Below are positions 1-8,343 of a DNA stretch of 64,000 bases, in pieces (within the stretch, counting starts at the first letter, position 1; each line of letters starts with the position of its first letter). Under the pieces are notes generated by a model. It searched no databases. It saw nothing but the letters and a program-made list of their open reading frames with translations, and had not been told where the DNA came from. The position numbers were made by a program, and so were the translations under genes. Source of the stretch: Syntrophorhabdales bacterium (GTDB lineage: Bacteria > Desulfobacterota > Syntrophorhabdia > Syntrophorhabdales > WCHB1-27); the NCBI GenBank assembly GCA_050012495.1, contig JBEKHB010000001.1, forward strand, positions 11,304 to 75,303, given 5' to 3'.

Positions 1-378
1 GCGGAGCTAACAGGCGCCGACCTCTCGCAAGGCAACTTGCGAAATGCCATGTTTGCGCGGGCAAACCTGTCGTGGGCAAACCTGTCGGGCGCTGATCTTT
101 CCCGCGCTAACCTCTCCCACGCCCGGCTCTTGCACGCCAATCTCTCACACGCCAAACTGATAGGCGCCGACCTCCCCAATGCCGATTTATCCGACGCTGA
201 CCTCTCGGACGCCGATTTGTCCCGGGCCGACCTCTTCGGCGCAGACCTTTCGCGGGCAAACCTCTCCGGCGCGATCTTGGCGGGCGCCCACTGGCCGGAC
301 GGGACAAAGTGCTCCGACGACTCGATAGCAAAATGCACCAAGGCACCACCGCCGCCGCCCACGGGAGGTATGTTCTGA
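1..378 (+). CDS. Pentapeptide repeat protein (5' truncated by window edge)
   Basis: Frame 1 is open from base 1 ([16 protein letters not shown]...). Tandem A(D/N)LS(G/R/D) pentapeptides, ending WPDGTKC...SIAKC. Confidence 0.9.
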   Translation, partial: AELTGADLSQGNLRNAMFARANLSWANLSGADLSRANLSHARLLHANLSHAKLIGADLPNADLSDADLSDADLSRADLFGADLSRANLSGAILAGAHWPDGTKCSDDSIAKCTKAPPPPPTGGMF

Positions 379-394
379 TTCTTCTGTGCGTTAC

Positions 395-1930
395 TTAAGG
401 CCGGCTCCGCGTCTTTCGCACCTTGGCGGTGCGGCTTTCCCCTTTTCCGGCCTTATGAGGCACGCGCCGGTCAGCCTTATGGACGGCGTGTTTTGCAAGG
501 GCGGGCTTCGCGTCCAGGGAAATACGGTGTCTTTTCGCACTCTTCAGAGTAACGATATCATTTTCATCATCCGCCGAAAATGCGATCTTCTCGCGATTCC
601 CATTACCGGCGGCCCTGGCATCGACGCCGGCATCCCGTTTTCCGGGAGCAAACCGCGGGATGTAGAGGACTTGTCCCCTTGCAAAAGCCAGGTGATCTCC
701 ACCTTCATTCACGAGCATGAGGTCTGAGCGCGAAACCTGGTAGCGCTTCAGGATGCCCGCGAGGGAATTCCCCTTCTTCACCTGGTATTTCACCACCCCC
801 ACCACCTGCCCGCCACTTTCCAGCTCTGCTTCGAGTCTCTCGCTGACCGCATCAGGACTGTCGATTCCAGGAACCGTAATCTGGTACTCCTTCCGATTGG
901 GCGGCGTAATACCTCTTACAATTTCGGGGTTAAGCGCCTTTATTTCACCGACATCCAGGGACAGGGTGCGGGCGATTCTTCCGAGGGCCACGCCGCCGGG
1001 AACTCCGACTTTCATCAACTCGTAGACAGGGGGATGACCGGTATCGGCAAAGCCGTACTTTTCCGGATCTTTCGCAATGAGCGCGGCAGCGATCAATTGA
1101 GGGACATATTCCTGAGTTTCTTTCGGCAATGTCTTATATTCCCTCAGCTTCCAGAAGTCCTTCGTGTCGTGTCTCTCGATGGCCCTCTCCACTCTGTGTT
1201 CTCCGGCGTTGTAGCCGGCCGCGGCGAGATACCAACACCCGAACCGGTCAAAAAGCTCTTTCAGATACCGGCCTGCCGCCGCTGTCGATTTCTCGAGGTC
1301 GCACCGCTCGTCCACCCAGAAATCCACCTTGAGGCCGTATCGCGCACCGGTCTCATGGATAAACTGCCAGGGTCCCCTTGCTTTCGCGGGCGAATAGGCC
1401 TTCATGTTGAAGCCGCTCTCTATCATCGCAAGATACACGAGGTCCTCGGGAAGCCCGTTTTTCTTGAGGATGGCCCTGATCGTCGGCACATACCTCTTTG
1501 CGCGCTCGAGCCAGCGCGCAAAGACTTTGCGCCCGGTCCCCGTAAAATACTTTATGTAGAGGTTGACCGCGTCATTCAGGACAATGGGTATGTCGAAACC
1601 ATCGGAGACGCTCGAGGCGGCGAGGGATTTCCGTATTGTCTCAAGAATCCTGCTTTCTTCTTCAGTAAGCTCGTTCTTTCGATACAACGCATCCTCGCCA
1701 ACGTCTTCCCTGCCCTCATTCTCGAAGGTCCGGATCCACGGCGCCCGGGAAAAGAGAGGGCTATCGGGAAGCGCATCCTGAGCATCCTCGCCCTGCCCGT
1801 TTCCATAACCGGCCGGGCAAGACCCTCCCACGGCCGGCCGGTCTCCCTCATCCTGCAGAGAGAGTGCCTGAGAACAATTCAACAGAAAAAGGGAAGCGAC
1901 CATGAGGGCAATAAACACGGGCCTTAGCAT
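395..1930 (-). CDS. Lytic murein transglycosylase, MltD-like (SLT + LysM)
   Basis: LAMIESGF, GPWQFI, AAGYNAGE and LPKETQEYVP motifs, with C-terminal LysM-like YQVKKGNSL. Start placed at the signal peptide MLRPVFIALM (1930). Confidence 0.9.
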   Translation of the reverse strand: MLRPVFIALMVASLFLLNCSQALSLQDEGDRPAVGGSCPAGYGNGQGEDAQDALPDSPLFSRAPWIRTFENEGREDVGEDALYRKNELTEEESRILETIRKSLAASSVSDGFDIPIVLNDAVNLYIKYFTGTGRKVFARWLERAKRYVPTIRAILKKNGLPEDLVYLAMIESGFNMKAYSPAKARGPWQFIHETGARYGLKVDFWVDERCDLEKSTAAAGRYLKELFDRFGCWYLAAAGYNAGEHRVERAIERHDTKDFWKLREYKTLPKETQEYVPQLIAAALIAKDPEKYGFADTGHPPVYELMKVGVPGGVALGRIARTLSLDVGEIKALNPEIVRGITPPNRKEYQITVPGIDSPDAVSERLEAELESGGQVVGVVKYQVKKGNSLAGILKRYQVSRSDLMLVNEGGDHLAFARGQVLYIPRFAPGKRDAGVDARAAGNGNREKIAFSADDENDIVTLKSAKRHRISLDAKPALAKHAVHKADRRVPHKAGKGESRTAKVRKTRSRP

Positions 1931-2030
1931 ATCGCATCGAGGATACCAGATGAGGCCTGATGCGTCAAGAAAAAATGGCCGGCCGTAAGAGGCAGGACCA
2001 CCTCGAATCTGCTCCCCTGGGAGGCGGGCC

Positions 2031-2064
2031 AAAAAAAGGGGGCGGGAGAGACATCCCGACCCCT
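2031..2064 (-). terminator. Probable intrinsic terminator at end of left operon
   Basis: Minus strand GGGGTCGGGA-tgtctc-TCCCGCCCC hairpin followed by a T-run. Confidence 0.6.
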
Positions 2065-2100
2065 TGGCTATCATCGCCGCTTCGGCCTCTTGAGCTACGT

Positions 2101-2559
2101 TTACACCGGCCTTTCCCCCACCGTGATTTCACCACCCACCCGTGCCTGACCATGCCGGATAGGGCGAGACAAAGAAGAGGTCGGCTCCGGGGATGAAGGC
2201 GCGGGCTCCCGCATCATAAACACAACGAGGGCAAACGCCAGCAACAGAGAGACAATGATTATGGCTGCCCACGGCAATTCCTGTGGCTTCCTGCTGTTCC
2301 GTCTTACGGCCATCGCACCATGCCCGTCCATCTTTTTGACACGTAGTATGCCCCTCCACCCGCAATCAAGACACCTGTACGCCTTTTTGTCGAAATGCTT
2401 CATGATGCGCTCTCTCAGGTTTCTCGTCCGGCTCCGCTTTACGCGGGTGGAGCTGCAGCGTGGACACACAGTTTTCGTCTTGTCCTCCCATGAGGCATGA
2501 CGAAGCCGATGTGGCTTTTTGTGCCCCTTATCGTTTTCCCACATATTGCGCCGGTACAT
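2101..2559 (-). CDS. Small Zn-ribbon protein with one TM helix
   Basis: CPRC...RSR...YRCLDCGWR, then hydrophobic WAAIIIVSLLLAFALVVFM. Start uncertain. Confidence 0.65.
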   Translation of the reverse strand: MYRRNMWENDKGHKKPHRLRHASWEDKTKTVCPRCSSTRVKRSRTRNLRERIMKHFDKKAYRCLDCGWRGILRVKKMDGHGAMAVRRNSRKPQELPWAAIIIVSLLLAFALVVFMMREPAPSSPEPTSSLSRPIRHGQARVGGEITVGERPV

Positions 2560-3007
2560 TCTTGCCGTGCGCTGTCAGAAGATCCCGATATCCTTGCACC
2601 GTCCAGGAGAAAATCTCACCTTTTGGCCTGAAGGTAGGCTCCTTGTGCAGCCCTCCCCATTCTCCGACCCATAGCCAGCTATCCCCTGCCCTCACCCTTG
2701 CCTGGCAGTGACTCTTCCAGACAAAGGCGCCCCACAGGAGCCCGTCGAGACAAAGCATGTAGCAGGCCACTCTAGTTTGATACCCTTCCGCGGCATATTG
2801 TTCTGCGTCGATAATTGCCTTCTCACGGCACGTAGAGCATGAGGGAGCCACGACGAGAACGAGAAATAGCAAAACCGATATCCAATTTGGCTTTTTGCGA
2901 GAAGGCCGGGGGCCACGGTCACGATGTGCGCCCCCGCCTCGAGCCACTCGATCACGTGTATTATTTCCCTGGTTGAGCCGACGATTATTTTCGACTTGAG
3001 GCCGCAT
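2528..3007 (-). CDS. Hypothetical protein, possible lipoprotein
   Basis: Fills the gap in the operon. Basic-hydrophobic-Cys segment (RKKPNWISVLLFLVLVVAPSC). True start uncertain. Confidence 0.45.
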   Translation of the reverse strand: MRPQVENNRRLNQGNNTRDRVARGGGAHRDRGPRPSRKKPNWISVLLFLVLVVAPSCSTCREKAIIDAEQYAAEGYQTRVACYMLCLDGLLWGAFVWKSHCQARVRAGDSWLWVGEWGGLHKEPTFRPKGEIFSWTVQGYRDLLTAHGKNVPAQYVGKR

Positions 3008-4916
3008 CGGTCGAGATGTTTCCGCCTATCCGGACAGATGTACCGATGACCTCCCGGTAGGGCGTATATTCGGGAATCATCCGTTGGAGCTCTTCTTTGA
3101 TTCCCCGGGAGTTGCCCGACATGGCAAGCTGTACGAGGGCTTTGACGCTGTCACGCAACGGCTTCATCGAGTACCCGTTCCGAGATCGCAGAATCATGAT
3201 TTTGTCGTGGCTGGTCGGCATGAAATCCTCGCCTTCGGTCGCCAACTCCTCGAAAAGCTTCTCACCAGGCCGCAAACCAATGTAGTTAATCTCGATGTCC
3301 TCATCCGGCTTGAATCCGGAAAGTGCTATCATTTCGCGAGCAACGTCGTCAATTCTCAAAGCAGCGCCCATTTTCAAGACGAATATTTCTCCCCCTTTTC
3401 CAATAGCTCCTGCCTGGAGGATCAGGCGGCAGGCTTCGGGTATTGTCATGAAGTAGCGCTTCATGTCTTTGTGGGTGACCGTCACCGGTCCACCCTGGGC
3501 GATCTGCTTCTTGAAGAGAGGGACCACACTTCCCACGCTCCCGATGACGTTGCCGAACCTCACCGCCATAAAGCGGCAGTGGTTTTCCGCGGAATAGGCC
3601 TGGGCAAGAAGCTCCGTGAGCCTCTTTGACGCGCCCATCACGTTTGAGGGCCGCACTGCCTTGTCGGTGGATGCCACAACGCACTGTTCCACTTTGTTCT
3701 CGATGCACAACTGAAGGAGCGTCTGCGTTGCAAGCACGTTGTTATAGACGGCCTCCCAGGGGTGAAGCTCCATCATGGGCACATGTTTGTAGGCAGCGGC
3801 ATGAAACACGACCTGGGGGCGGGTCCCGTCGAAATACCTCTGCATCAGGGACCTGTTCTGAAGCGCGGCAAGAACCGGAGTGATGGCGATAGAGGGAAAA
3901 GCCGCTTTCAGCTCCATATCTATGTCGAAAAGGCCCGACTCGTTCCTGTCCAGGAGGACCAGCATGGACGGCTCGAACTGGGCGATCTGCCGGCAAAGCT
4001 CGGAGCCGATGGAGCCCGCGGCGCCGGTGACCAGCGCCCTGCGGCCCGTCAGGTACCGGCCGATTTCGTTTACATCGATCTCCACCTGCTTTCTGCCGAG
4101 CAAGTCCTCGTACCGGACGTCCCGAATGGCGCTTACGCTCACCTTGCCCTCTATGAGCTCCCCGATCCCGGGAACGGTCTTAAAGGTCACGTTGGATGTA
4201 GTGCAGAAACCGACCAATCTTCGCATCTCTGCGGCAGTGGCGGAGGGTATGGCAATAATGATCTCATCCACGCTCAAGTCTTTCACCAGGCGGCCCATAG
4301 CGCTCACGGTCCCGAGTACGGGTACCCCGTGGATGGTCCGTTTGAACTTGGACACATTGTCGTCGACAAAACCCACCACCACATAACGAAGCCTCGGATT
4401 ATCTTTGATCTCCCGGAGAAGCTTCTCCCCTGCGCTGCCCGCGCCGATGATAACAAGCCTCTTCGTCGGCGCCCACGCGTCGCCGTTGCTATCGGTCAGG
4501 TCTCTCTCCCGCATGTAAGGGACGATAAGCCGGATGCCGAGCCTGAACCCCCCGAGGAACATGACGCTCAGGAGGAAATCGATGATAAATACACCCCGCG
4601 AAAATCCCACAAACCGGTGGACGGCCAGAATGATGAAAAGGATGGCGGCAGAACTCGCCGCGATCGCTTTAAGGAGGTTGAGGAGGTCATGTATGCCCGT
4701 ATACCTCCACATCCCCCGATAGAGGTTGAAGTAAAAGAGGGCGATAAGCTTGAGGGGCAGTATCCATATCACCGTTGCGAGGAATGTATGCAATTCTCTG
4801 GATGGAAGCCTCACGTCAAACCGGACCAGATAGGCGGCAAAGTACGCCGCGACACTTAAGACGGCATCCGCCCCCACCATGAGCCAGAAATTTCGACGCC
4901 TGGTTATGCTGAACAT
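2985..4916 (-). CDS. Membrane-bound UDP-GlcNAc 4,6-dehydratase (PglF/CapD/WbpM family)
   Basis: Four N-terminal TMs, TGAAGSIGSELCRQ, HAAAYKHVP, STDKAV, MGASKR, GLRPGEKL. GAAGGAG RBS upstream of ATG 4916. Confidence 0.95.
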   Translation of the reverse strand: MFSITRRRNFWLMVGADAVLSVAAYFAAYLVRFDVRLPSRELHTFLATVIWILPLKLIALFYFNLYRGMWRYTGIHDLLNLLKAIAASSAAILFIILAVHRFVGFSRGVFIIDFLLSVMFLGGFRLGIRLIVPYMRERDLTDSNGDAWAPTKRLVIIGAGSAGEKLLREIKDNPRLRYVVVGFVDDNVSKFKRTIHGVPVLGTVSAMGRLVKDLSVDEIIIAIPSATAAEMRRLVGFCTTSNVTFKTVPGIGELIEGKVSVSAIRDVRYEDLLGRKQVEIDVNEIGRYLTGRRALVTGAAGSIGSELCRQIAQFEPSMLVLLDRNESGLFDIDMELKAAFPSIAITPVLAALQNRSLMQRYFDGTRPQVVFHAAAYKHVPMMELHPWEAVYNNVLATQTLLQLCIENKVEQCVVASTDKAVRPSNVMGASKRLTELLAQAYSAENHCRFMAVRFGNVIGSVGSVVPLFKKQIAQGGPVTVTHKDMKRYFMTIPEACRLILQAGAIGKGGEIFVLKMGAALRIDDVAREMIALSGFKPDEDIEINYIGLRPGEKLFEELATEGEDFMPTSHDKIMILRSRNGYSMKPLRDSVKALVQLAMSGNSRGIKEELQRMIPEYTPYREVIGTSVRIGGNISTDAASSRK

Positions 4917-5007
4917 CACTTCACTCCTTCGATGTGTGTGTTCCTGCGGGTTAATTTCCGGATGTCTTGACTCAGTGCGCATGCCTTCACAGGATCTTCT
5001 TTGCTGC

Positions 5008-6216
5008 TCAAAACCTGTTCGTTGTCTTGATAATTGCTGTGACAACCCGTTCCAAATCGCCTTCCGTCATCTGAGTGCCGGACGGCAAACAAAGGCCCCT
5101 GGCGAAAAGCTCTTCGCTTACCTCTCCCCCCACCAAGCGAGCTGGATATCTCTGACCCGGCTGCATCTGCTCGTGAGTCCTCCCTTTGCCCTTTGCCCTG
5201 TGGTTTACTTCGAAGACAGGCTGCATATGCATCGGTTTCCACACGGGCCGCGATTCGATATTCTCCTTTTCAAGAGTCAAACGGATGGATTCCCGGTCAA
5301 CCCCGAATTCCTTCGGATCGATCAGGATAACGGTGAGCCACCTGTTCGACTTCCCATAAGGCGCTTCAGGCATGAACGTTATTCCGGGCAGATCGCCGAG
5401 GGCGTTCCGGTAGTAGTCGAAGATCTCCCGCTTTCTCCTCACCCGCTCATCGAGCACCGTCAATTGGCCCCTTCCTATGGCCGCGACAATGTTGCTCATC
5501 CGGTAGTTGTAGCCGATCTCCGAATGTTCATAATGGGGGAATGGGTCTCTCGCCTGCTGTGAAAGAAATCGAGCTCGCTGAATAAAATCTTTGTCTTCCG
5601 ATGCGAGCATTCCTCCACCGGAAGTCGTGATGATTTTATTTCCGTTGAAGGAATAGATGGACGCTGCGCCGCCTACCCCTGCAGAAGAGCCATTAAAAGT
5701 CGCCCCCAGGGCCTCTGCCGAATCGATGACGACCGGTATGCCGTAGGGCTCGCATATTTGTATGATCCTGGCCAGGTCGCAACTTTGCCCGTAGAGATCT
5801 GTCGGCACCACCGCCTTCGGTAGGGTGCCCGTTTCCTTGCACCGGAAAAGCTCCCCGGCCAGCAAATCGGGGTCCATATTCCAGGTTGATCTATCCGAGT
5901 CGATGAAGACCGGCCGTGCCCCTCCAAAGAGAGTCGGTGTAATGCTTCCGATGAAAGTGTGGTCCGACACAAAAACCTCGTCGCCCGGCCCAACTCCCAG
6001 ATTGCGCACGGCGAGATGCATCGCGGCGGTCCCGCTGGAAAGGGCGACCGCATAAGGGATGCCGATCTTCTCGGAGAACTCCCTTTCGAAGGCATCCACC
6101 ATGGGACCAAGGGGGGCGATATAGTTGCTCTCAAAGGCCTGTTTCACGAATTCGATCTCCCGGCCGGACATGTGGGGAGGGGATAGATAGATCCTCTCTT
6201 TCCCCACGTCACCCAT
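5008..6216 (-). CDS. DegT/DnrJ sugar aminotransferase (PglE/EpsN-like)
   Basis: IYLSPPHM, SSGTAAMHLA, SFNGNKIITTSGGG, GYNYRMSN, GLCLPSG. Confidence 0.95.
   Translation of the reverse strand: MGDVGKERIYLSPPHMSGREIEFVKQAFESNYIAPLGPMVDAFEREFSEKIGIPYAVALSSGTAAMHLAVRNLGVGPGDEVFVSDHTFIGSITPTLFGGARPVFIDSDRSTWNMDPDLLAGELFRCKETGTLPKAVVPTDLYGQSCDLARIIQICEPYGIPVVIDSAEALGATFNGSSAGVGGAASIYSFNGNKIITTSGGGMLASEDKDFIQRARFLSQQARDPFPHYEHSEIGYNYRMSNIVAAIGRGQLTVLDERVRRKREIFDYYRNALGDLPGITFMPEAPYGKSNRWLTVILIDPKEFGVDRESIRLTLEKENIESRPVWKPMHMQPVFEVNHRAKGKGRTHEQMQPGQRYPARLVGGEVSEELFARGLCLPSGTQMTEGDLERVVTAIIKTTNRF
5182..5202. repeat. Heptamer tandem repeat (CCCTTTG)x3, in frame in aminotransferase
   Basis: ccctttg ccctttg ccctgtg, lying in an apparent loop insertion (RAKGKGRTH...). 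Confidence 0.55.
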
Positions 6217-6619
6217 GGCGTTTCTTCTCCATCTCTTTGATCACTTTCACTGGAACCCCTGCGGCTATTACATCATCCGGTATGTCCTTGTTGACGAAAC
6301 TGAATGCGCCGATCACCGCATTCTCTCCCACGGTTACACCGGGCATAATGACACTGTGACTCCCTATCCTGCAATTTTTTTTGAGAACTACCTCCCCTTT
6401 CTTTTCATCAATAGTTGAAATTGAATAGATGGAACAGTGTGAGCCGATTTGAACAGAATCTTCGACTATCACGCCGAATTCAGCATTTATGTAAGTGAAA
6501 GCTCCAATGTCGGTCCCATGGCCCAATTCGAATCTCTCCTTGTGCTGCACCACCCAGTTGTATTTCGTGGGCTTGCCTTCTTCGATTAAGGGGACCTCCC
6601 AGTTTTTGAATCTATCCAT
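6209..6619 (-). CDS. Hexapeptide-repeat acetyltransferase
   Basis: IGSHSVIMPGVTVGENAVIGAFSFVNKDIP...AAGVPVK left-handed beta-helix. Confidence 0.9.
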   Translation of the reverse strand: MDRFKNWEVPLIEEGKPTKYNWVVQHKERFELGHGTDIGAFTYINAEFGVIVEDSVQIGSHCSIYSISTIDEKKGEVVLKKNCRIGSHSVIMPGVTVGENAVIGAFSFVNKDIPDDVIAAGVPVKVIKEMEKKRHG

Positions 6620-6634
6620 AGCCTGAAGCCGGCC

Positions 6635-7234
6635 CTATGACTCGGCGGCGGTCCTCTTGAACTCTTCCATCGTGGCGTGTCCCGGCTGATTAACCCCTTG
6701 TCGTCTGAGTAGTTTCCACATGGTCAACCCTAGGATTTTTAGGTCTAAGAAGAATGAGCGATGATCCACATACCATACATCGAGTCTAAACTTGTCTTCC
6801 CAACTTAGCGCATTCCTGCCATTTACCTGCGCCCATCCTGTAATACCCGGCTTTACCTCATGCCGCCGCGCCTGCTCTGGCGTGTAGCGATCCAGGTATT
6901 GCATCAATAACGGTCTCGGGCCTACGACGCTCATATCTCCCTTTAACACGTTGATCAGCTCCGGCAGTTCGTCCAGACTGGTACTACGGAGGAATCTGCC
7001 GAACTTTGTCAACCGTCGATGATCCGGAAGGAGATTACCAGTAGCGTCACGATCGTCGGTCATGGTGCGGAATTTGTACATTAAAAACGGTCTGCCGTGG
7101 AGCCCGGGGCGGATCTGGACGAATAATACCGGCGCGTTCAGAAAGACCCGTATAAGAATTGCGATGGCACACACCAAGGGGCTCAATAGGATCAACCCTA
7201 ATGAAGCGATGAACAGGTCAAGGGCGCGTTTCAT
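6635..7234 (-). CDS. Monotopic phosphoglycosyl transferase (PglC/EpsL-like)
   Basis: KRALD, YKFRTM, SLDELPEL, GDMSVVGPRP, KPGITGWAQVNGRN. Confidence 0.95.
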   Translation of the reverse strand: MKRALDLFIASLGLILLSPLVCAIAILIRVFLNAPVLFVQIRPGLHGRPFLMYKFRTMTDDRDATGNLLPDHRRLTKFGRFLRSTSLDELPELINVLKGDMSVVGPRPLLMQYLDRYTPEQARRHEVKPGITGWAQVNGRNALSWEDKFRLDVWYVDHRSFFLDLKILGLTMWKLLRRQGVNQPGHATMEEFKRTAAES

Positions 7235-8343
7235 TAAGCCAATCCCATCGCCTTCATGATGACAGCATTTACATTTTCCACGTCATATTTTTCCTCGGCG
7301 ATCTCTCGACTGCGCTTGCCCATACGATCAATCAGCTGCGGGTCCGTGATAAAGCGTTCCATGGCTGCAGCCAAAGCCTTCGCGTCCTTGACCGGCACCA
7401 GGAAGCCATTCTCGCCATCTACCACCGTCTCACGGCAGCCTGGCGCATCGGTCGTCACGATTGGACGCCCCATAGCCATAGCCTCGAGCACCGAGCGCGG
7501 TGTTCCCTCACGGTAGGAGGGGAGTACGTAGACACTGGCATTTCGAAGAAATGGTCTCACATCATCTGCGGTGCCTAGATAGTCGATCATGCCTTCTTGC
7601 TGCCAGGCTCCAACTTCAGATCTCGAGATCGCGGACGGATTGCTGTCAAGAGGGCCAAGCAGTCGGAAAACGGCGTGTGGATGGGAGGATTTCACTTCAC
7701 GGGCGGCTTCCGCATATTCCACAACACCCTTATCACGAAGCAGCCTGGTAATCATCAGAAATATCGGCCGGGTATCAACAGGCGCCTGAGCGTAATAGCG
7801 GATATCCACACCAGAGCCGTTGATCAGTGTGGCGTTTCTTTCTTTCACAATGTGTAGGCTGACAAACAGCATGAGATCGTCGGGGTTCTGGAAAAACACA
7901 GTACTGTTTGTCTTCAGGGCTGCACGATACAACCTTGTGACCAGACCGTTGACAATCCGGCGCTTAATGGTCCCGCCAGAAAAGGCATAGCCAAGCCCTG
8001 TGATGATTGAATAGGTAACCCGAACCCCGGCAAGATGGGCAGCCAACGATCCGTATATTACGGGTTTGATGGTATAGGCCAGAATGACGTCCGGCTGAAG
8101 CACTCGGAACCACCATACCAGCCTTATGAGAAATATCAGGTCCTTGACCGGATTTATGCCTGCCCGTTCAACTGGCATGACGCAGTACCGCACTCCGATA
8201 TACTGTAGGGCCGCTTCTGTGGCCGCATCATGCTCAGGCGCACAGGCGATCACCTCGTGGCCTGCTTTCGAAAATGCGGACAGGAGCGGGCCACGGAAAA
8301 GCACCAGAGACTTCGCATAATTGCCCAGGACTACAATTCTCAC
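7234..8343 (-). CDS. GT4 glycosyltransferase (PglA/CapM-like)
   Basis: YTIKPVIYG, FFQNPDD, RLLRDKG, LPSYREGTPRSVLEAMA. GTG start overlaps the asnB stop. Confidence 0.92.
   Translation of the reverse strand: MRIVVLGNYAKSLVLFRGPLLSAFSKAGHEVIACAPEHDAATEAALQYIGVRYCVMPVERAGINPVKDLIFLIRLVWWFRVLQPDVILAYTIKPVIYGSLAAHLAGVRVTYSIITGLGYAFSGGTIKRRIVNGLVTRLYRAALKTNSTVFFQNPDDLMLFVSLHIVKERNATLINGSGVDIRYYAQAPVDTRPIFLMITRLLRDKGVVEYAEAAREVKSSHPHAVFRLLGPLDSNPSAISRSEVGAWQQEGMIDYLGTADDVRPFLRNASVYVLPSYREGTPRSVLEAMAMGRPIVTTDAPGCRETVVDGENGFLVPVKDAKALAAAMERFITDPQLIDRMGKRSREIAEEKYDVENVNAVIMKAMGLA

Noticed and set aside
1-290. 15-nt periodic repeats as a possible CRISPR or DNA repeat array
   Set aside because: They are pentapeptide-repeat codons, with no constant repeat and unique spacers.
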